From: a virus
DNA: 21,647 nt
Direction: 5' to 3' (one strand)
IMG/VR virus record: IMGVR_UViG_3300012849_000001
Span: 1 to 21,647 of that record
The translations under genes were made by a program, and so were the position numbers. A model generated the notes under the pieces. That model saw only the letters and a list, made by a program, of their open reading frames with translations, was not told the DNA's origin and did not search any database. Positions within the stretch are counted from its first letter, which is position 1. Every line of letters starts with the position of its first letter. Shown piece by piece: positions 1-4,884 of this stretch.

Positions 1-123
1 CTCGTCGGGCTCATCGTCGGCGCGCCGGTGGCAGGCACACACGCATGATGCGTCGTTGCACCATGCGTGCGCGCCCACGTCGCAGGACGACGAGATCTCC
101 TCGCGGTCCCGCGGCCGCGTCCA
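1..123. repeat. Terminal direct repeat, copy 1 (identical to 21525..21647)
   Basis: Read directly: ctcgtcgggctcatcgtcgg...gcggccgcgtcca occurs at both ends. Confidence 0.95.
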
Positions 124-231
124 GTCGTGGCAGTGGCCGCAATAGCCTTCCCGGACGTCGCTCGGGTTGTACGACGTCCGCCCGCACGACGGACACGTGA
201 ACGACGGCTGCCCCCCAGGTGCCGCGCCCAC
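1..231 (-). CDS. N-terminal segment of the junction-spanning zinc-ribbon protein (same gene as 21021..21647; true 5' part is 124..231)
   Basis: The frame of ORF 21021..21602 stays open upstream across the circular junction to GTG at 231..229, 3 nt after the TGA of 235..414. The N-terminus is VGAAPGGQPSFTCPSCGRTSYNPSDVREGYCGHCHDW (CxxC-x14-CxxC). Confidence 0.65.
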   Translation of the reverse strand, partial: MGAAPGGQPSFTCPSCGRTSYNPSDVREGYCGHCHDWTRPRDREEISSSCDVGAHAWCNDASCVCACHRRADDEPDE

Positions 232-234
232 GCC

Positions 235-414
235 TCAGCCCTGCTCCCTGCGCGCCGCGATCCAGTCGCGCACTGCACGCTGCAGCGCCGACGTCTCCAG
301 CGCACGAACCCGCTCCTCGAGGTACGAGATCCGCCTGCCCTGCAGCAGGTTCGCGGCCACCAGGAACACGACCGTCAGCACGTAGAGGATGCTCTGCACG
401 ATGTCGACCGTCAT
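235..414 (-). CDS. Small membrane protein, 59 aa (below the ORF-track cutoff)
   Basis: ATG 414..412 preceded by GGAGG. Translation is MTVDIVQSILYVLTVVFLVAANLLQGRRISYLEERVRALETSALQRAVRDWIAARREQG: one hydrophobic helix plus a charged helical tail. Confidence 0.6.
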   Translation of the reverse strand: MTVDIVQSILYVLTVVFLVAANLLQGRRISYLEERVRALETSALQRAVRDWIAARREQG

Positions 415-434
415 CCCGCCGCCTCCATGGTGTC

Positions 435-465
435 GGCGGGCCCCGAGGGGGTTTCGGGGCCCGCC
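435..465 (-). terminator. Perfect 12-bp GC-rich stem-loop (GGCGGGCCCCGA-N7-TCGGGGCCCGCC), candidate factor-independent terminator or attenuator without U tract
   Basis: Inverted repeat read directly. It lies in the 85-nt gap between genes 500..766 and 235..414. Confidence 0.4.
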
Positions 466-499
466 GAGTCTGTGTCAGGCACCGACGGCCGCACGCCGG

Positions 500-766
500 T
501 CATCGCTTCGCCTCCGCGCCGTCGTAGAGCTCGACGATCCCGCGCGCCGTGACGTAGGCATCCTTCGCCGTCGCGAGACGCTGGCCAGCGACCAGCAGCG
601 GCATCACGATCGACTTGGCCTCGTCGGATTGCATCTTGTGGCCGGCCTCGAGGCGCGCCCTGAGCTCCTCGCCAGCTGCGCGGCAGCTCTCGTACTCGAA
701 AAGCGCGTCGAGCAGCTGGTTGCCCAGCTGGATCACCAGCTCCCGCGGATCCGTCGACGAGCTCAC
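500..766 (-). CDS. Hypothetical protein, 88 aa
   Basis: GTG 766..764 overlaps the TGA of the upstream gene (GTGA). The rest of track ORF 500..1009 overlaps the HTH gene and is Arg-rich. Confidence 0.6.
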   Translation of the reverse strand: MSSSTDPRELVIQLGNQLLDALFEYESCRAAGEELRARLEAGHKMQSDEAKSIVMPLLVAGQRLATAKDAYVTARGIVELYDGAEAKR

Positions 767-972
767 GACGCGATCCGCTCGCCGGCGACCGCCTCCAGAT
801 AGGAGCGGATCGATTCGCTGCTGTAGCGCCACATGCGCCCGCCGGGCTGCGCGCCGATGATGTCGCCTCGCTGGGCCATGCGTGCGAGAGTCTTGCGAGT
901 GATGCCGGATAGTGCCTCGGCCTGGCCGGCGGTGAGGTCGAGACGCGGCGCAATCGGGAGGTTGCTGGTCAT
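763..972 (-). CDS. Excisionase-family winged-HTH DNA-binding protein (Cro-like or Xis candidate), 69 aa
   Basis: LTAGQAEALSGITRKTLARMAQRGDIIGAQPGGRMWRY matches the excisionase/MerR-type HTH pattern. The gene diverges from the repressor-like gene. Trimmed to ATG 972. Confidence 0.7.
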   Translation of the reverse strand: MTSNLPIAPRLDLTAGQAEALSGITRKTLARMAQRGDIIGAQPGGRMWRYSSESIRSYLEAVAGERIAS

Positions 973-979
973 GAGGGCC

Positions 980-1009
980 ACGGTAGGCCTCAAAGGACAG
1001 ATCGGGCAA
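980..1009 (-). promoter_or_regulatory. Candidate leaderless promoter for the HTH gene: TTGCCC-N18-TACCGT, 7 nt before ATG 972
   Basis: The hexamers were read on the minus strand and the -10 fits TANNNT. No SD lies between it and the ATG. Confidence 0.3.
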
Positions 1010-1031
1010 GCGACACGCCCATACATGGCCT

Positions 1032-1044
1032 ATTCAGCCTGAAT
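1032..1044. promoter_or_regulatory. Palindrome ATTCAG-C-CTGAAT in the divergent rep/cro-like intergenic region (candidate operator)
   Basis: Perfect 6+1+6 palindrome read directly, just upstream of the TATCAT -10-like hexamer (1050..1055) that sits 6 nt before ATG 1062. Confidence 0.35.
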
Positions 1045-1061
1045 CGCCCTATCATGGCGAC

Positions 1062-1445
1062 ATGTCACTTCAGCAGAGCGTGCCGGCGCTTCGACCGGCG
1101 ATGGATGCCGAGATCGGGCGACGCGTGCACATGCGGATGTTCGATCGCCGAATCACCGGCGTGGCGCTCGCTCGGGCGCTCAACGTCGACCAGAGCGGCC
1201 TGAGCAAGCGTCTGCGCGGTGAGCGCGGATGGTCTGCGGAGAACCTGCGGGATGCCGCGGCGACCCTAGAAACGACGATCGCCTACCTCACTGGTGAGGT
1301 AGGCGATCCGTCCTGGTGCGCCCCCAGGGACTTGAACCCTGAACCCATTGATTCAGGACCGACCGACGAGGAGCTCGACGCCTGGCTCGCCGACGTGATC
1401 TCGATCGACTCGGCGCCCCGCTTCCGCGAGGCGGTGCCAGCATGA
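1062..1445 (+). CDS. HTH (XRE/Cro-CI-like) repressor candidate, 127 aa, containing the tRNA-like att core in codons 85-95
   Basis: HTH segment ITGVALARALNVDQSGLSKRLRG. Divergent arrangement with a second HTH gene, and int lies downstream on the same strand. Confidence 0.75.
   Translation: MSLQQSVPALRPAMDAEIGRRVHMRMFDRRITGVALARALNVDQSGLSKRLRGERGWSAENLRDAAATLETTIAYLTGEVGDPSWCAPRDLNPEPIDSGPTDEELDAWLADVISIDSAPRFREAVPA
1262..1273 (+). repeat. GACCCTAGAAAC motif, related to the inverted pair at 1642..1667
   Basis: Read directly; it lies 41 bp before the att core. Confidence 0.3.
1314..1357 (-). other. Putative attP core: tRNA 3' fragment (T arm + acceptor strand + CCA, 1314..1346) plus adjacent CCTGAA-N8-TTCAGG inverted repeat (1338..1357)
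   Basis: The minus strand reads GGGTT CAGGG TTCAAGT CCCTG GGGGCGC A CCA. No D arm or anticodon arm is present upstream, so it is not a complete tRNA gene. Confidence 0.65.
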
Positions 1446-1609
1446 AGTCCGTCGACGCGATGACGCTCGACGAGCTCATTGCAGCAGAGCGCGAGCTCGG
1501 TCGCCGCTGGGATGCCGCGTACGCCGCCCGAGACCTCGATCGCCTGGATGACGTCATGGCCGGCATCCGGATCATCTCGGCCGAGATCGCCCGTCGTGTG
1601 ACCGAGTGA
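1442..1609 (+). CDS. Hypothetical helical protein, 55 aa (below the ORF-track cutoff)
   Basis: ATG 1442 overlaps the repressor stop (ATGA). Translation is MKSVDAMTLDELIAAERELGRRWDAAYAARDLDRLDDVMAGIRIISAEIARRVTE. Confidence 0.5.
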   Translation: MKSVDAMTLDELIAAERELGRRWDAAYAARDLDRLDDVMAGIRIISAEIARRVTE

Positions 1610-1641
1610 TCCGGCCTATGTGCCGCTGCCGGAATGGGCTG

Positions 1642-1667
1642 GACCCTAAAACTGATGTTTCAGGGTC
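1642..1667. promoter_or_regulatory. Imperfect inverted repeat GACCCTAAAAC-TGAT-GTTTCAGGGTC, 13 nt upstream of the int start
   Basis: 10 of 11 arm positions are complementary. The arms match the motif at 1262..1273. Confidence 0.35.
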
Positions 1668-1679
1668 TACGTTCTCGTC

Positions 1680-2513
1680 ATGAGATCGCAGATCATTACT
1701 CCCCCGGAATGGCGCGCTCCCCTGGCGGGATATCTCGCCTGGCTGGCCGCAGTGCCGCGGCCGGCATCCACCCGCTATCAGCGCAGCTACCACCTCCGCC
1801 GCTTCGCGGCCGCGACCGGGCTCTCACCGCGCGCGGTGACGCATGACGACCTGATCACTTACCTCGGCTCGAACGGTTGGGGCGCGAGCACGGTCCACGT
1901 CGCCCGGTCCACGCTGCGCAACTTCTACACGTGGGCGCACCTGGTCGCGAAGATCGTCGATGAGGACCCGACGGTGCTGCTACCGTCGACGCGGCCGCGG
2001 GCGGGGGGCCCGCGGCCGGCTCCCGAGGCGGCGATCGCCGCCGGCATGAAGGGCAGCGACCCGCGCGTGCAGCTGATGATCCGCCTCGGCTCGCAGATGG
2101 GTCTGCGCTGCTGCGAGATCGCGCGAGCTCACACCGGAGATCTCCGACAGGATCTCCTCGGCGACTGGGTGATGAAGATCCGCGGCAAGGGCGATCGCAC
2201 GCGCGACGTGCCGGTGCCGGCGCGCCTGGCGCTCGAGCTGCTTACCCGGGATCCCGGGTTCCTGTTCCCCGGCAACGTCGACGGCCACCTCTCGGCCGCG
2301 TACGTGTCGAAGCTGCTCTCTCGCGCGCTGCCTGCCGGCGTCACTGCGCACATGCTGCGGCACCGGTTCGCGTCGCACGCATACGAGGGTGCAGAGCGGG
2401 ATATCCGCGCTGTTCAGGAACTTCTCGGGCACTCGAACGTCGCGACGACGCAGACGTACACGGCCGTGCCCGGCGGGGCGAAACGTCGCGCCGTCGAGTT
2501 CGCGGCGGCATGA
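1680..2513 (+). CDS. int: Tyrosine integrase (XerC/D-sized, 277 aa, no obvious arm-binding domain)
   Basis: Catalytic signature readable: GLRCCEI (Arg), KGDRTR (Lys), HMLRHRF (His-x-x-Arg), LLGHS (His), TQTY (Tyr). The C-terminus is ...RRAVEFAAA. Confidence 0.9.
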   Translation: MRSQIITPPEWRAPLAGYLAWLAAVPRPASTRYQRSYHLRRFAAATGLSPRAVTHDDLITYLGSNGWGASTVHVARSTLRNFYTWAHLVAKIVDEDPTVLLPSTRPRAGGPRPAPEAAIAAGMKGSDPRVQLMIRLGSQMGLRCCEIARAHTGDLRQDLLGDWVMKIRGKGDRTRDVPVPARLALELLTRDPGFLFPGNVDGHLSAAYVSKLLSRALPAGVTAHMLRHRFASHAYEGAERDIRAVQELLGHSNVATTQTYTAVPGGAKRRAVEFAAA

Positions 2514-2815
2514 TGTGTCCTATGAAACGTCATGTGACAGTGGTTACTGTCATTGCGCTCTCGACGATCGCGCTCTGCGGCTGCTCAGCTCCGGACCCCG
2601 AGCCGACCCAGGCGGAGAAGGCATGGCACAACTGCATCGAGGTACTGAGTGCGACGCCGAACGAGTTCACCGGCGACGACGTCACGCCCGAGTTGATCTG
2701 CAAGAACCAGCAGGAGACGTGGGACGACTTCGACGGTCAGTGGGTCGACGACGTCGCGCAGCGTCTGGCGTTCTACGACGTCAAGCTGTCCGACGTCGAC
2801 GTGTACACCGAGTGA
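2510..2815 (+). CDS. Putative secreted lipoprotein (moron; possible superinfection-exclusion factor), 101 aa; alternative start at 2522 (MKRHV...)
   Basis: Signal-peptide-like MKRHVTVVTVIALSTIALCGC with lipobox-like LCGC. The 5' end is less GC-rich. ATG overlaps the int stop (ATGA). Confidence 0.6.
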   Translation: MMCPMKRHVTVVTVIALSTIALCGCSAPDPEPTQAEKAWHNCIEVLSATPNEFTGDDVTPELICKNQQETWDDFDGQWVDDVAQRLAFYDVKLSDVDVYTE

Positions 2816-2818
2816 TCC

Positions 2819-3184
2819 TCAGCTCGCGTAGTCGGTGCCGATCCACACGCCAAAGTGCGGCTTGTCCTCCGTGCCGCCGAAGATCTGGGCTGGCACCTCG
2901 ATGACGTTCCCGGCCGCGTAAATCGTCCTGAACAGGTCGACGTACGTCGCGGCGTACTCGTCCGGCAGCCGACCGCACGGGAGGAGCTGCTCGCCCTGGA
3001 CGAACGAGACGGTGACTGTATCGTCTTCCGCGACGGCGACTCGTACGACGTGCCCAGTCATCCCCCGCTCGGCGACGACCTTCGCGATCGCATCCTGGTA
3101 CGGAAACTCTCCGACGATTTCAGTCCGATCGATCCACCCGGTCACCCGGGTTGGACCAACGCGGCGAGGGCGACCAAAAGCCAT
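2819..3184 (-). CDS. HIRAN-like domain protein, 121 aa
   Basis: Trimmed to ATG 3184. IVGEFPYQDAI...VRVAVAEDDTVTVSFVQGEQLLPCGRLPDEYAATY...AQIFGGTEDKPHFGVWI follows the bacterial HIRAN-like pattern (VGExxYQ ... GyLp ... GG....fGvwl). Confidence 0.5.
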   Translation of the reverse strand: MAFGRPRRVGPTRVTGWIDRTEIVGEFPYQDAIAKVVAERGMTGHVVRVAVAEDDTVTVSFVQGEQLLPCGRLPDEYAATYVDLFRTIYAAGNVIEVPAQIFGGTEDKPHFGVWIGTDYAS

Positions 3185-3191
3185 GCGGCAA

Positions 3192-3488
3192 CTATGACAT
3201 GTCGTGTGACGTGTCCTGTGACGCGCGGGCGTGGCTGGCTCCTGAGGTGTAGCCGAATACGGTGCCGAGGATGCCGATGATGCCGCCGCCCCAGCCGGTG
3301 AGGATCTGGGTGGCGTTCTCGCTGAGGCCGGGGCCGGCGCTGGAGATCGCGTCCCAGAGCACGGCGACGCAGAACAGGTTGAGCGCGGTTGCCATGCCGA
3401 CGGCCAGGACGAGGGCGACGAGGGTCGCTCCCGTCTTGGCCGCGCGCGCGAGGGGGCTGCGTTGCGGTGGCAGGGTGGGTTCACTCAC
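3192..3488 (-). CDS. Holin-like membrane protein, 98 aa, two predicted TM helices
   Basis: Hydrophobic segments GATLVALVLAVGMATALNLFCVAVLW and ILTGWGGGIIGILGTVFGY. It lies immediately downstream of the endolysin and overlaps it by 8 nt. Confidence 0.65.
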   Translation of the reverse strand: MSEPTLPPQRSPLARAAKTGATLVALVLAVGMATALNLFCVAVLWDAISSAGPGLSENATQILTGWGGGIIGILGTVFGYTSGASHARASQDTSHDMS

Positions 3489-4119
3489 CGGTGATGGTGA
3501 GGCCGTCGAGCACGCTGGCCGGCTGCGGGCCGGCGACCTGGTCGACGGTAGGGTCGCGGCGGATGAGGTCCAGCTGCAGCCCGTTGTGGATGCGCTGCGC
3601 GGTGCCGGCGCCGAAGTTGATGAGGAACCAGCGTCCGTCGACGTCGGGGTCGATCTGCAGCAGGTGGTTCATGGCGTTCTCCTCGATCGGGGTGGGTGTG
3701 GGTGTGGGGCCGGTGATCGGGCAGTCGAGAACGTGGTCGGACCAGCCGAGGTACTCGCGGCCGGTCAGCGCCATGCGGCCGGCGATCGAGGTGAGCCCGG
3801 TCTGTCCCCAGGAGGGCTGGTCGGTCGCGGCGTGGTCGCCGTCGTAGGCGCCGGCGATGAACACGTCGCCGTCGGTGTTGCCGTCGTAGCGGGTGCCGAG
3901 CCAGATCGCCGCGCCCGGGGGTGGGTTCATGTCGCCCGGGTGGCGCCCTTCGGTGGCCTCCCACGCCAGGAACGCGGTCGGAATGGCGCCGTGGGCCGTG
4001 CTGGCGCCCGCATCCGCGTATGCCTGCCACACGTAGTACCAGCAGGCGCCGTGGCGTGAGAGCGGCTCGTAGCCGAGCAGGAGGTCGTGGGCGAGCTGCC
4101 CGTCGGTCGCGGTGCCCAT
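3481..4119 (-). CDS. Endolysin: N-terminal cysteine-peptidase-like domain (CHAP/NlpC-P60-like), TPTPTP linker, C-terminal putative wall-binding domain; 212 aa
   Basis: GACWYYVWQAY (candidate catalytic Cys) and GDVFIAGAYDGDH. Position is between tail fiber and holin. Trimmed from ORF 3481..4563 to ATG 4119 (TGATG overlap with the upstream stop). Confidence 0.7.
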   Translation of the reverse strand: MGTATDGQLAHDLLLGYEPLSRHGACWYYVWQAYADAGASTAHGAIPTAFLAWEATEGRHPGDMNPPPGAAIWLGTRYDGNTDGDVFIAGAYDGDHAATDQPSWGQTGLTSIAGRMALTGREYLGWSDHVLDCPITGPTPTPTPIEENAMNHLLQIDPDVDGRWFLINFGAGTAQRIHNGLQLDLIRRDPTVDQVAGPQPASVLDGLTITGE

Positions 4120-4871
4120 CAGCGTGCCCCTTCGAGCTCGGCGACGCGATCGCGCAGCTGCTGCACCTCGGCGTGCAGCTGCACGGTCTGCGCGAGCAGC
4201 AGCTGAATGTGGTCGATGCCCTCGACGCGGCCCTTCGCGTCGTGGATCACGAACCGGGCCAGGTCGGGGATCTCGGCCATGTCGTCGGCGATGTACCCGA
4301 GGATGCGGGTGCCGTCGCCGCCGCGCAGCTCGAACTCGGACAGCGGGATGCCGAACGCGTTGACGAGCGGGCGGGCGGCGCGGATGTTTTTCTTGAATCG
4401 GCGGGCGGATGCGCCGCGGCAGAGCCGGCCGTCGTTGTTGATGTACGCGACGGTGTATCCGGCCGACGCGGGGGTGGAGTTGGGCACGTAGATGTGGCCG
4501 CCGACGTTCACGTCGCCGCCGAACACGGCCGCGGCCGCGGCGATGCTCTCGTTCGTGTTCCACCGGTTCAGGCCGCTGTTCCAGCCGAACGACACCGGCC
4601 CGGTGCTCAGCGAGTCGTGGGTGTGCGCGGACGGGGGGAACGACGACGGCTTGCCCGACAGGTTCGCCCAGGTGATGCCGAGGTTCGTGCGTGCCTGCGC
4701 TGCTGTCGTGGCGCCGGTGCCGCCCTTGTTGACGGGCAGGCCGGTCGCGGGGACACCGAACGCGAGGATGTAGTCGCGGGTCTTGTTGATCTCGTCGTAG
4801 CCGAGCTTCAGCTTTGCCGTCGACGGGACCACGTCCATGCCGGCTGCGCCTGCAGCGTCACCATTCGCCAT
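4119..4871 (-). CDS. Tail fiber with C-terminal intramolecular-chaperone (peptidase S74-like) domain, 250 aa
   Basis: GGTGATTAAQARTNLG fiber motif, ASARRFKKNI resembling the S74 autocleavage motif, and a C-terminal coiled coil (LLLAQTVQLHAEVQQLRDRVAELE). Confidence 0.7.
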   Translation of the reverse strand: MANGDAAGAAGMDVVPSTAKLKLGYDEINKTRDYILAFGVPATGLPVNKGGTGATTAAQARTNLGITWANLSGKPSSFPPSAHTHDSLSTGPVSFGWNSGLNRWNTNESIAAAAAVFGGDVNVGGHIYVPNSTPASAGYTVAYINNDGRLCRGASARRFKKNIRAARPLVNAFGIPLSEFELRGGDGTRILGYIADDMAEIPDLARFVIHDAKGRVEGIDHIQLLLAQTVQLHAEVQQLRDRVAELEGAR

Positions 4872-4884
4872 CGTCGGTCTCCTC

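Noticed and set aside
1-123. The 123-bp end repeat as a physical direct terminal repeat, LTR, or insertion-sequence end
   Set aside because: It is a direct repeat, not inverted. It lies inside an uninterrupted coding frame and is far from the terminase-proximal non-coding region. Circular-assembly overlap or permutation is the simpler reading, although read data are needed to be sure.
1314-1390. A complete tRNA gene on the minus strand
   Set aside because: Only the T arm, acceptor 3' strand and CCA are present. The upstream sequence gives no D arm, no 5-bp/7-nt anticodon stem-loop with U33, and only 5 of 7 acceptor pairs. It is treated as an att-core fragment inside a CDS.
3481-4563. N-terminal extensions of many ORF-track entries (3481..4563, 2819..3484, 8611..9423, 9623..10255, 10042..10551, 12075..13007, 13895..15649, 18268..18750, 18614..19417, 19446..19778, 763..1026, 500..1009)
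   Set aside because: The extensions are Arg/Pro-rich and overlap the well-formed 3' end of the preceding gene. In each case an internal ATG or GTG forms a 1- or 4-nt overlap with that gene's stop, or has a clear SD.
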